From contig NC_069003.1 of assembly GCF_001194135.2 (NCBI RefSeq), positions 33,070,697 through 33,134,696 on the forward strand: a stretch of 64,000 nt of DNA, in the 5' to 3' direction. The notes under the pieces are model-generated. The model was not told where the DNA came from. It worked only from the letters and a program-made list of their open reading frames with translations, and ran no database searches. The stretch comes from Octopus bimaculoides. Taxonomy: Eukaryota. Shown piece after piece: positions 14,384-27,000 of this stretch (position 1 is its first letter; every line of letters starts with the position of its first letter). The translations under genes and the position numbers were made by a program.

Positions 14384-15068
14384 GTAAGAAAGAACTATTG
14401 TTGTTGTTGTTGTTATTCTATTGAGGAACAGGCTTGGAGTGTATAAGATTTTGTGTATTTTTAGTTGTTTTGCTAACAATATGAGAGAGACAGAGAGAAC
14501 AGGAGCCTGGATGTTCTATGATTTTCTACCTGACACCATATGCGGTCCCTTGATCTTTGGCTAGGGACATCACAAAACATCTTTCTGGGACAATATAGCT
14601 TCATAGATGACTCCTTCAGCCTCCTACTGGACAGTTATTGTATACCCTGCAAGAGCAACCTGCCTCTTCTCTTGTTTTGTGGGTACTTGTGAAAATGCTT
14701 TTTAAGGAGACTCTTAGGTTGTGCCTGTCAGATAAATGCCTGTGCCTGTGTGTGTGTGTGTGTGTGTGTGTGTACATATATATATATGTAACAAACTTAC
14801 AGCATATATGCATCATATAATACAGACAAAGAAGTGATATTTTGAACACAGTATCGCTGTTAAAACAGCAGAAAAATAGGTATTATTACCCTTACAAGGC
14901 GGAAAAAGTTAACAAATAATCATGGCTGTTTGCTGACAACTTTTTCCTCCTTGTAGGGGTAATAATACTGTTTTTCTGCTGTTTTAAGGGCGATACTGTA
15001 TTTGAAAAATCACTTCTTCCTCTGCATATATAAAAATATGAGAGTTTATGTGAATGTGATCCTATATA

Positions 15069-15670
15069 NNNNNNNNNNNNNNNNNNNNNNNNNNNNNNNN
15101 NNNNNNNNNNNNNNNNNNNNNNNNNNNNNNNNNNNNNNNNNNNNNNNNNNNNNNNNNNNNNNNNNNNNNNNNNNNNNNNNNNNNNNNNNNNNNNNNNNNN
15201 NNNNNNNNNNNNNNNNNNNNNNNNNNNNNNNNNNNNNNNNNNNNNNNNNNNNNNNNNNNNNNNNNNNNNNNNNNNNNNNNNNNNNNNNNNNNNNNNNNNN
15301 NNNNNNNNNNNNNNNNNNNNNNNNNNNNNNNNNNNNNNNNNNNNNNNNNNNNNNNNNNNNNNNNNNNNNNNNNNNNNNNNNNNNNNNNNNNNNNNNNNNN
15401 NNNNNNNNNNNNNNNNNNNNNNNNNNNNNNNNNNNNNNNNNNNNNNNNNNNNNNNNNNNNNNNNNNNNNNNNNNNNNNNNNNNNNNNNNNNNNNNNNNNN
15501 NNNNNNNNNNNNNNNNNNNNNNNNNNNNNNNNNNNNNNNNNNNNNNNNNNNNNNNNNNNNNNNNNNNNNNNNNNNNNNNNNNNNNNNNNNNNNNNNNNNN
15601 NNNNNNNNNNNNNNNNNNNNNNNNNNNNNNNNNNNNNNNNNNNNNNNNNNNNNNNNNNNNNNNNNNNNNA
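15069..15670. other. Assembly gap (largest of six: ~8907-9030, 11317-11332, 15069-15670, 17675-17761, 30011-30424, 36288-36580)
   Basis: Runs of N. Several are flanked by (TA)n microsatellites. ORF-track entries containing X are artefacts. Confidence 0.99.
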
Positions 15671-16013
15671 TATATATACACACACACACACACATCCGCA
15701 CACACACTGACACACACACATGTATGTATGTGTTTATTCAAAATTGAGGCTTTGCTTTGATGCTATTTTAGGTTATCATTTCTATTCTTCACAGCAACTG
15801 ATTTTGAAATACCAAGTTTCGAATTGTCTCAATGATTTTCTTCTAACCACAATTAATCAGCTGGTTTGGTACGATGTGGTATGTTATTTATAACAGCTGT
15901 TGTTGAGGCTAGTCAACACTTAGAATTTTCTCCCGTTTGTATGAGAAGTGGCTGTGTTTCTAGCACACGACAACCTACAATTTAAAAAAAAAAAAGTCAA
16001 TGATAAATCACCT

Positions 16014-16549
16014 TTAACTCTTTTGCTACAGAAATCAGAAATATATCCACTCAAAATTTCATCACTCTTAACTGCAGAAAGCAGTTTTATTCACCAATCT
16101 ATCTTTTGTTGAGGAATGTCATGTTTGAGACTATTTTTTTTGTTGAAACATCTCAAGTTTATTGAGCCAACATGACTTGCAGAAAATACCAATTCTATTT
16201 TTTTGGTAGATATTTAACATCATACTTAGAATAATCATGAAATTTAATTTCACATTTAAAGGGTCAAATTGCCCCACTCTCAATTTTGGATTGATACTTA
16301 TCGACCCTCGAAGACAGTTTGAGATTGTTGTTGAATCCATTCACTGTGGAAATCATATATATTCTCTCAAAATTTCATTACCCTTAAACTGCAGTAAGCA
16401 ATTTTATACACCAATGTGTCTTTTGTTGAGATATGTCAAGTTTATTGAAGCAATAAGACTTGCAGAAAATACCAACTCTTTTTTTTGGTAGATATTTTAA
16501 ATTATTACCGGAATAAGCGTGAAAGTTAATTTTGCCATGAAAGAGTTAA
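16014..16549. mobile_element. TTAA-bounded element containing two diverged direct copies of a ~210-250 bp unit
   Basis: TTAACTCTTT ... AAAGAGTTAA termini. 16030-16268 and 16350-16549 align (e.g. CTCAAAATTTCAT, GACTTGCAGAAAATACCAA, TTTTTTGGTAGATATTT in both). Confidence 0.6.
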
Positions 16550-17459
16550 AGAATTTACCTTATGAATTATTGACAGAATTAATATATGTAGCTTAAACTT
16601 GTTAGATATTACATTAGATCTAAATATAGATAAATATCCTCCCTAAAGAAAGCCCTGTAAAGGACTACATAGTACATCAATAGCAGTGCTAATCAGCATC
16701 GTTTTTACATCATCATCATTTGTGTCCACTTTTCCATTCTTGCATGCATCAGATGGAATTTGTTGGGGCAGATTTTCTACGGCCGGATGCTCTTCTTGTC
16801 ACCAACCCTCACCTGTTTCCAAGTAAAGTAATATCTCTTCATCATCAAACATGATTAGAAACAGGCTCAAGGACAATAGTCTCCTTGAGATGTAGAAATA
16901 AATTCTGTCTTGTTACTCAAAATATCTGGAAGCTCAAGGAAAAGCGATTCACCAACATTGTTATTTATCCTGACCTGTCACCAGACTAAGCCTCTTGTCT
17001 CAACAGATAAAGAAATAGATATCATCTTTTGCAAAATTTGATATGCTGAGCAGAAAGTAAGAGCTAGTGCCAAAGTGCAGGTATGAAAATAAACACTTTC
17101 TAAAACAGAATAACATCCTACATGCAATAAAACTGGGAATAACAAGTACTACATTAACACCATGTATAATAGAAATCCATACCAAACTGTCGTATTAATC
17201 AACCACAAACTGCCCATCCTCATCACTGACAGGAACAATTCTTATATGCTGATTATCCTTCAACAACAGATATTAAAAATTACATGCCACATGATCTGAA
17301 TGAACGAAAAGCTTGGGACTGGGTGATACCTGATATTTGAACCTCAACCACTGCAAAGATTGGAAATGTAAAACTTGGAGAAAGTTTTCAGCTTTGAATA
17401 AATAAATGAATGTGTGCTGTGTGTATGTGCATATATATAATATGTAAATGCTTATATGC

Positions 17460-17501
<42 letters not shown>

Positions 17502-17761
17502 GTGTGTGTATCCATATATATATATATCTTTGGAATTTTTGTAAGTGCTGGTTGAGAAGAACTCCATACCAAAGACTAAAGACTAATCAATTCCTTTTGA
17601 AATTATCAAACAAAAACAAACCTATAAACATACAAACATCAATCATGATGCTTGATGTGTTCAACACCTACAAANNNNNNNNNNNNNNNNNNNNNNNNNN
17701 NNNNNNNNNNNNNNNNNNNNNNNNNNNNNNNNNNNNNNNNNNNNNNNNNNNNNNNNNNNNN

Positions 17762-17803
<42 letters not shown>

Positions 17804-18108
17804 CGCACATACATATGTGTGTGTGTGTGTTTCTAATGTAAAAATGAAGTCAGTTTTTTTGTTGTTGTTGTCTTTTATTTAGAAACAAGGCTAGTTGTTG
17901 GTGTTGTTAATAGTCAAGCCTTGCTTCGGCCAAACCTGTAGATTGTAGGGCATCAATCAGTTAGACAAATGTGTATCATAAAGGGAGCTAAATTTTTAAC
18001 GTTTTGGACAGGGACAGATTTAATGACATCATATAGAACCTACTCGTGTATAACAACTGTGGAATTGCAACACCCCTTATTTCCACGCGATATTATAGAT
18101 AACATTCA

Positions 18109-18143
<35 letters not shown>

Positions 18144-19369
18144 TAAATTGCTGTAGAATAACACACACACTAGCAGGATAGTCAAAGTCCTAGTTATTTG
18201 TCCTTTGAGAGTTTTTGACCAGCAGTGTCCCAGATTTGAACCTGGAATTTTTAAGGTTTCATTTAAAACCTTGACTGGTTGATGTTATTCACTTTGCTAT
18301 TATATACTCTCCTGTCCAGGTAACAAATTTAAAGAAATCCCCATGTGCCCTTCTATGTTTGAAGCCCTTGCTATGTTCCTTTTTTATCTGCCTTATTCAG
18401 AAGTGAAGGGCACGATTTTATTGACCTTTGCAAACCCACCAGGTTCAGTGCCCACAGGAAATAAAAAAAACAAAAACATTAGGAGATAGGTTGTCTGAAT
18501 TTACAACAGGAACAGGGGACCCTTTTCTGTGAAGAGGGCCACATGAGATATGGCTCATCATCACATGGGTCACACTATTAAAAAGTTCAAAGTAATTTTC
18601 TGTTTGGTGTGCCATTCCGAAGGTCCCATGGACCACAAGTTTCCCATGACTGATTTGCAAGTTAATGATCTCTGCTAGCTAAATCCATTCAGGGACAAGG
18701 TGATGGCCTTAAACCACACAGCTTGTCAGGCTGGCTCAGTACACATTAAAAAAGAGAATCAAAGATCCTTCCTGTGCCATAGGTTCATAAGACCAGTTTC
18801 CAGGATTCTGTGGAAAATATATTTCACCTTTGGATGCAGGATTGCTCATTTTTGCCAGCTGAGTATACTGGACCAATGTTAAGAAATGTTTGGCTCAAGA
18901 ACACAATACATCATCCAGTCCTGGAAACCACAATCTTGAGCTCATGAGTGCAACACCCAATTCCCAAGGATTAAGCACTGGTTAGGAAAGAGGGGCAGCA
19001 CCTGTACCTTTTGTAGTTCACGCTAGACTTGTGAAGATATTGATGTAGCTGATTTCTAAGGATTTTAGTTTTTGTGGGAGGGAGGATAAGTGATAAGGTC
19101 TGATCATCTCATGATGCCGAACTTCATGAAAGAGGTGACAAAGGACTGCAGCAATTTTATTCATTTATTTATTTTTGCTATTAATTTGGTTAGAGGAAGG
19201 GGCTATTGTATTTAACAGCCAGGGACCCTCCTGAGTAATTATAAATTTGTAGCTGTAGGAAAAAATATTGGCATTATGAGAATGAAATACAGAGGGTCAA
19301 GATTCTGAGGAAAAGGATTGAGCCCAGTGTTTTGGTGCAGGGTACAGAGAAAGACGATGGGGATTCATT

Positions 19370-19640
19370 GCAAGCTGACATCCTACAAAGCAGCAACAGC
19401 ATGGCAATCTTCCTACTTTCGTCTCAGTTATCAGAGAAAAGAATGCATTATACAGGACACTGCTGGAGAAGAAAGGATGAAATATTTGGTGATCTTCTCT
19501 GGAAACCCATTCGTGGACATGCAGGTATTGGCAGACCAAGAAGAGCATATTTCAATCAATTTGGATGTCAGGATGAAGATATGAAGGCAGTTATGGAAAA
19601 TTGGGTTATCTGGTGTGGAAGAGTTGCTTTGGCCAGACAA
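19370..19640 (+). mobile_element. Second RTE-type LINE 3' ORF fragment
   Basis: GNLPTFVSVIRE/MHYTGHCWRRKDEIFGDLLWKPIRGHAGIGRPRRAYFNQ is a typical RTE C-terminal signature (GHCxR...LLWxPxHG...GRP). Confidence 0.75.
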
Positions 19641-20407
19641 GTCACCCAACAAAATAGACAGCTCGATAAGTAGGTAGGTCGGAATGTAGATAGATATGTC
19701 AACAGTAAGCAAGCTGATATCATATTGAAGCTTCAATCCCCAGTTGAAGCTATGTCTCGGTAATGCTCATTAAAACCTATATCATGTCAGCCATTTCCCT
19801 CTTGCCAAAAATTAAAATGAATTTGTGTCTGATAAAAAAAAAGAAGAAAAAATCAAAAAGCAATATTAAATGATACAATGCTGAGCAATGAAAAAGCAGT
19901 TTTATGCAAACCTGTGATACAACTTGAATTATTTTTGACTTACTTTCCCTCCAGTCATGCACTTGGGAGAGGCATGAATACCTCAACATCCTATTATACT
20001 TACCTTTTATCTATAGCAGTCTCTGGTCTAGTCAGAAATCACAGTAGCAACCAGATCCTCAGGTGCTGTTAGACACCACTGATCACAATGCACTTCTGAT
20101 TCTGTCTTGATTGTGCCATTCTTTTCCATCTTGACCCAAATTGCTTTTTTAGAATGACATTGTAGGGTAGGTGTGAGAGATAAGAACTGGCTGATTGGAG
20201 CATAAAACAGAATATTTGGGCTAAATATGGCCGGTTTAAATGCTAAAGAGTTAAATTCTTTAAATTCTCATGTGTTGTTGATAGTAGGTTCTGTAACAGC
20301 CAGTGTTCATAGACTAGTTTGAGACAAGAATGTAGTAGAATAGCTTTACTATGTCTTTCTCCTGCTGCATAGAAGGAATAAGCGGTGTTACTTGGGTGTG
20401 CAGTATC

Positions 20408-20511
20408 TGTAGTCTACACTGTGAGATTTCTGATCTGGATTAGGATTAAGAGTTAAAGTTTAGGGTCAGGATTAGGTTTAGACTGTGTGTTAGATGGCCA
20501 GGTAGACTACA
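20408..20511. repeat. Short element with 10-bp TIRs and internal degenerate TTAGGG-like hexamers
   Basis: TGTAGTCTAC ... GTAGACTACA is a perfect inverted repeat. The interior contains TTAGGA TTAAGA GTTAAA GTTTAG GGTCAG GATTAG GTTTAG. Confidence 0.5.
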
Positions 20512-21246
20512 TGCTAAATGGGAAGGTAAGCTGCAGGTTAAAGTAACAACAAATAAGACACATTACTGACTGCTAAAGAAAACATCCATCAAATTTACTA
20601 TGCTGCCACTGTTTACAATAGTAAGCAATAGTTACAGCCAGGAAACTATAGCTATTAAACATCACAGGCACAATACATTAGACATAACTGGTTATAAACT
20701 GTCAACCAAATTACCTGATTGACTTAGTTGTCCTTGACAAAATTGGTAGGACGGTGGACTAAATACGTTCTAGAGTTTAGTTTTGGCCTGCTATGTTCTG
20801 AGTTCAAATCCTGCTATGGTCAGCTTTGCCTGGAATTGATAAAAGGGGTTGCAACAGTTGTTACATGATCAGCAAAGAATCACAAAACTCAGAATAGAAA
20901 CAGAGAGTAATTGCAGTTCTATCATAAATACTTATACTCTTACTTTGGTATTGAGTATGTTACTCGTCTTTTTAAGTATGTGTTACTCTTGTTTTTTTAA
21001 GTATGTGTGTATATAAGTGTATCTATATATGTGCATGTGTTAGTATGTATGCCTTTGACTGTCTGTGTGTACACATGGAAGGTGTTGAAATTGTGATGAT
21101 ATTTGGTCAATAACTGATGAGGGGTGAGAGTGTCCATTGCATGTTTTTCTCTGTTTTCTGTATGGTCCTTTGTCATCTTCCTGTACCACATTTTATTATT
21201 ATTATTACAATGTATGTATATATATATATATATATATATATACATT

Positions 21247-21279
<33 letters not shown>

Positions 21280-21660
21280 TGTGGTACATATATATATATA
21301 TGTGTGTGTGTGTGTATATACAAGTATGTGTGTGTGTAAGTAAACCTATAATTCCTATTATATACTCATGAAGGAAATTGTATATTTCATTGTCATTTTT
21401 ATATGCAGACACACACACACACACACCCTATGTTTATATACACCCATTATATTAAGGCCACAAATGGCACAATCCTATTTGGGTCTGTTTATTAAAAAAA
21501 AAAAACGACACACAGATCTTCATGTTGTTGTTGTTGTTGCTGTATGTTGTATTCCGTTGTACAAAGTCGACAGAATGAGACAAAATGACCGAGAGATTTC
21601 TGAACAACTTCCAAAATTGAACCTGTTCCTGCTTTGTTCAGAAACACCACCACATGTTAT

Positions 21661-21701
<41 letters not shown>

Positions 21702-22360
21702 AAATCATGCAGAAATTTACAAAAGTGAAAACTTATAAATTAATAAAAAGTGAGAAAGGACCAAGAAATTTTAAAGTAATAGCAATAATAATAATAATAA
21801 TAATAATACGAAAACAATTATAGAAAAATAAGTTTTATGAAACAAAATATGAAAATATTAAAATGATATGAAATCATCATTAAAAAACATAAAATAGCAC
21901 ACTAGAAAAAGTGCTTAGCGACATTTCCTCCATCTTTTATGTTCTGAGTTCAAATCCTGCCGAGGTGAGTGTTGCTTTTCATCCCTTCTGGGTTGACAAA
22001 ATAAGTACCTAGAGCTCTGGGATCAATGTAATTGTCTAGTCCCTTCCCCAAAAATTTCAGGCCTTGTGCTTATAATAGAAAGGATTATTATTATTATTAT
22101 TATTATTTTTTTTTACATTCTTATTGATTTGTTTTATATTAACTATTCCAAGTTTCACCCAGAGACCTCAATTAACAGTAAGATGGAGATTTTACTATGG
22201 GTGTTCTTTATGATTTACAAGGATATTTTGCTGGAAAAGGAGACCAAATTCTGAAAAATAAGTTTCTGTTAAATTTCTAATATTTCATCTTTGAAAAAGT
22301 TTTAAGAGAATCGGGTATATTTTAAGGTTAACAGTGTTTTTCTTAGGACGTTGGTTAATG

Positions 22361-22540
22361 TAGCTGTTGGATAAAGAAGCTGTTCAATAAAATAACTGCT
22401 GGATAAAACAGCTACTGGGTATAGTAGCTACTGGATAAACAGCCTGCTTAATAAAATAGCTGTTGGATAAAGTAACTGTTTGGTACAGTAGCTGCTGGGT
22501 AAAGTATGTTGGATGGTGATGTTGGATAAAGTAACTGCTG
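22361..22540. repeat. Degenerate ~16-17 bp minisatellite
   Basis: About ten copies of a TAGCTGTTGGATAAAG-like unit. Confidence 0.8.
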
Positions 22541-22961
22541 CTAAGAATTGAAAGCATTGATAAGAGTACTGAATCAAAGAGTGGCACTCCTTCACAAAGA
22601 TGACAGTCTGATTGCTTAGGGACCGTTGTGTAAGGCCTGATCAATACCGATCAAACAAGGACCAGTGAACAAAACTGTTACAGTTATAACCATTTTATAT
22701 TTTTGTTTTGCTTTTTTTTTTGTTCAGGCATTGTATATCAATGACTGTATTATTCAATGTTTCCTTACTCCTTAAAGATAGTCAGTTGAGATTTGGTTGC
22801 TATTTCTAGCAGGTCAAGAGATTTTCTAAGATGGTGGACCAAGAAATGTTCTGTACAGCAAGGAATGTTTTTTTAAAAAAAAAAACATTTATTGGGATTA
22901 GAATGGTTATCAGGTTGGAGTGACTGACAAAATGTCTGCAGTATTTCTTCATAGTCATCAT

Positions 22962-23080
22962 CTAGGACATTTACCCCCAACCCCCTAGGACAACAGATGA
23001 TGATTTAAAACTTCTTAATATATTGGAGAGAGGGTAATTAACCAAAGATGGGCAATTGTCGTTGGGGGAATTTGTCCTAG
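22962..23080. repeat. 20-bp inverted repeat pair, MITE-like
   Basis: CTAGGACATTTACCCCCAAC (22962-22981) versus GTTGGGGGAATTTGTCCTAG (23061-23080), two mismatches. Confidence 0.6.
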
Positions 23081-23384
23081 TCGGGTAATTTTTCCTGATA
23101 TACAACATTCTGGGGTTACTAGTAAAAGACCACCTTTATATAGGGCCCAATAAGAAAGTTCTAGAAAGTTAAATCATGTGATGGCTTGACGTTGATTGGT
23201 TGGTTAACAAGCCAATCATGTGAAACTACTAAGGCTTGTCAGTGACCCAGCGATTCAATTTCGAATTCACTACACACTTTTCAGGATGGGGGAATGACAG
23301 AATCATCAGAGCATTGGGAAAAATGCTCTGATTCTATTTGTTTGCAGTGATCTACGTTCTGGGTTCAAAATCATAGTCACTCAT

Positions 23385-23530
23385 TTTTGTGCGTTTGCAA
23401 ATTACTGGAAAACGACTGAATAGATTTTCACCAAATTTGGTAGAAATACTCATTGGGTGAGTGGCTCGAACTCATTATTTTGGTTAGATTAACTTCAAAA
23501 CTGGCGGACAGTTGAATCAAAAGGGTTTTC
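23385..23530 (+). mobile_element. Helitron/Helentron (DINE-like) non-autonomous fragment
   Basis: GCAAATTACTGGAAAACGACTGAATAGATTTTCACCAAATTTGGTAG resembles the conserved core of DINE-1/HINE-type elements (ACTGAACCGATTTTCATGAAATTTGG, recalled). Confidence 0.45.
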
Positions 23531-23938
23531 TTTGTTACATAGGACATAAAGGATCAGTAGGGGAAATAACTCTTGATGTTTTCTCTGTAGGGTGTCAAAA
23601 GACGTATGGTTTCATATTTTCGAGAACTTTGGTAAATATGTAGATGCACGGACTACCGCACAGCGATTTAACATAGACCATGTGGTCTTTGCAAAACATT
23701 CTGACCGGGGAACGAAATGGATCTTCAGTAAGGTCTGGTACTGACACCAGCCGCTGTAATTCTGTTTCTTCTTATGGTAATTCTTTACAAAAAAAAAAAA
23801 AAATTAAATTTCACTTTGCCGAGAAAATTGGGATTTTTAATGTCTTTCATGGAGTAATAACAGCTGAAGGTGAAACACATGAGGATAAATTTAAAGATAG
23901 AGACATTTAATCGCTCCACCGAAAGATAACCGCTGGCA

Positions 23939-23996
23939 CCGGATGTAAAAAGATTTGCTTCGGCTGCGCATGTGTGGAAGCATACATCTACTTCCG
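23939..23996 (+). promoter_or_regulatory. Housekeeping-type promoter of BLOC1S5 (ETS- and NRF1-like motifs)
   Basis: CCGGATGT at 23939-23946, TGCGCATGTG at 23965-23974 and ACTTCCG at 23990-23996, in a locally CpG-rich patch just upstream of the ATG at 24008. Confidence 0.5.
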
Positions 23997-24007
23997 AAAC
24001 ACAGATC

Positions 24008-27000
24008 ATGGCTTTCGATTTAATGATTAAAGGTAACTTTTACTCTGTTTCTCTTCGTTAACTTATATATACAAATATATTTACTGTCATATATATACAT
24101 ATACAAACCTATGCGTACAATAAATTACATCGTCTTAGATGTTAACGCCTGCATATATGCACACACACACATACCTATACGTACAGATAAACACCCGGAC
24201 CAAATAAACAGACGTCGTCAGTTTTGAAAGATTTATTTCTAGGAACAAAATAATATCATTTGATGCATTTAAATACTTAATCCCGCATTTATTAGACTTG
24301 TTTTGTGTATAATGTATTAACAAGTTGTGTCCGCACAAATAAAACAATCCGTCCTTTCATTTTCTCTGCCTACTATTTCTGGGAGGGTCAACAGTTTATT
24401 AAACCAACCATCATCTCCGCCCACTATTTCCGGGAGTGTCAAGGGTTTAGTCATCCGCCCGCTATTTCTGGGAGGGTCAATTGTTTATTAATCCATCCGT
24501 CTATCCATCATATCCGCCCTCCATTTCTGCTGAGACGGTCGCGGGGGTAGAGCCCTCAGGTCTTCCATAAGGTCATATCTAAAGCAACCGTCATTAGACT
24601 TTCCAGCTGGATTCCCAAGCGTGACCAACTGAGACTAGGGATATTATCCATAGACTACCTTCCATTCTTGGGTCTACTCCTTAGGGCTCACCTCGAAGAA
24701 ACCGTCTTGTAACATTCTAATTACATGTCCGTGATACCCGTGATGTGACCTCTCAATGCAGAGAAATAGCAGCTCAACCTGTGATCTCCGAGCTATACAC
24801 CCTGTCGAATAATGTTATTCCAGACAACTTTTATTCCCCTTCAGCTAGAGATGGTATTATACAATGAATAAGATATTTTCTTGTTTCTATTTTCAAGACT
24901 TGAGTGAAATCCAAAGCCGACTCTATGACCACCGTCCAGTCCTACAAGGAGATGTATTATATTTCTTCAAAGAATTTGAGGTTGGTTAGTTTTTCTCTCC
25001 GCTTGTGTTGTTGTTGTTATTATTATTGAGGCAGTTAGCATGCTGGGTAAAATGCTTAGTGGTATTTCGCTCATCTTTCTGAGTTCAAATTCCGCCAAGG
25101 TCAACTTTGCTTTCCATCCTTTTGGGGTCGATAAATTAAGTACCAATGAAACACTGGTAACATGTAAAAAGCACTCATTCCCTCTTCACTCCTGGAGTGG
25201 TTGGCATTGTGAAGGGCATCCAGCTGTAGAAACCATGCCAAGTCAGACTGGAACCTGATGCAGCTCTCCGATTTACCACACCAGTCAAACCGTCTAACCC
25301 ATACCAGAATGGGAAGCAGATGCTAAATGATGATTATGTGTGGGTGATGAAAAGTTCCTGGCTTTAGGGCTATTGCAAAAGGTCTAGCTGAAGGCCCAAC
25401 CTTCTGAGTTCTTTTACAGAGCTTAGAAAAAATGAAGGACAACTACAATAAGTATGTGAATCTGAGAACGGAATATATTAAATAAAATCATAACTGATTC
25501 TCTTCTATTTTCTTTTCCTCAAAGCCAGGAACTTTTCAGTACCCCCTCATACATACATGTAGATAGAGAGAGAGATAAGCATTTAATCAAAGGGAATCAA
25601 TATTATATATATTGAGTGGTTGGCGTTAGGAAGGGCATCCAGCTGTAGAAATTCTGCCAAATTAGATTGGAGCCTGGTGTAGCCATCCGGTTGCACCAGT
25701 CCTCAGTAAAATCGTCCAACCCATGCTAGCATGGAAAGCGGACGTTAAACGATGATGATGATGATGATGATATATATATATGTGTGTGTTTTTTTTTTTT
25801 GGTTTTTTCTTCAAAGGAAAAGAGAGGCCATCGAGACTTTACAACTCTTCAGAAATGTAATGAAGAAGTGTCGTTGATGCAAGATCTATACCTGCCTGGT
25901 TGTCTACAGCAAGCTGAAATCTGCCTCACAGATATTGCTAGCAAGAGTAAGTCTAAAAGTCTTCAGATATTTGCAGAGTTTTGTTGTTGACATTGAAGCA
26001 GACTGCAGTACCTCCTTTGAAGAAAGAATGATGAGGGCTCTCTGTAGTTTGATGTGGTCACCTAACCACTGATAGGTATGGGGTTCAAATCTCAGTGCAT
26101 TTATTGTCTTTTTTTTATCAGTTAGATGTTTAACCCTCAAACGGTGGGAAAGGGTTACTTGAATGTGTGTGCCAAACAGCAAAAAAATCTCTTAAGGGTA
26201 ATTTTTTTATTCATTTTCACAAAAACTATAATTGTTAGTCTTTTGCACAATAAAATTTAGAATCTTTATCAGAAAGCGCCGTAAAATATTCATTTTCCTT
26301 TAATGATAAAAGTATCTGTAAAATTTTTGAAACATCAGTTGATGATGTCCACTGTTTAAGGGTTAATATCTAAATCTACTCAGTTTGACTCCAAGGTCAA
26401 CTGACTGAAGAGACCTATGGTCAAAACAGTTCCAGCCAACGACTATTGTATCTTTTCCTGGCATTGTGCACCCTGGGTTACATTATCCAATGTGATTTGT
26501 CCTTGAAATAGGTGATAGAATATGACTAGTGAAGCCATCATGAAGTGGTTCTCTTGTTGATTCAAGCAATCTCAGTTTGCCCAGAAAATTTGGTCAGCCT
26601 GGGGCTATAGTTGAAGACACTTGCCAAAGGTGCTCCACAGTGGGACTGAACTCAAGGCCACAGAGTTGGGAAGTAAGCTTCTTACCCACACAACCACGGT
26701 CAACAGTACAGACCATACACCAGTAATTTTACTTATTTCTTTATCATTTTCAAAACTAATTGAAACAAAGACAATGTATTTCATCGGAAATATGGCAACA
26801 AAAAGAGTTGAGTCAGCTGACATTTCAAATGACACAAATGATCAAAATTGTCAGAATGGTGCAGCTATAAAAACACAATTGATTGGAATTGAACAGTCGG
26901 TCCAATTGACCACAACTGGCAACTCCAACCAATACAACTGACCCGATGGTCCAACTGCTTTCTTTGTTTAAATCTTGTCTTGACAAAATGTTGATGTCCC

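Noticed and set aside
14892-15760. Long ORFs spanning N runs (also 8853-9062, 29977-30535, 36121-36651)
   Set aside because: They are artefacts of assembly gaps.
19942-20065. Two minus-strand GTAAGT donors about 60 nt apart with an upstream CTAACAG acceptor (possible antisense exon)
   Set aside because: Stops occur in all three frames, there are no linked exons or promoter, and such motifs are expected by chance in AT-rich DNA.
22361-22540. Regularly spaced short repeats that might suggest a CRISPR array
   Set aside because: The units are contiguous and degenerate with no unique spacers, in a eukaryotic context. This is a minisatellite.
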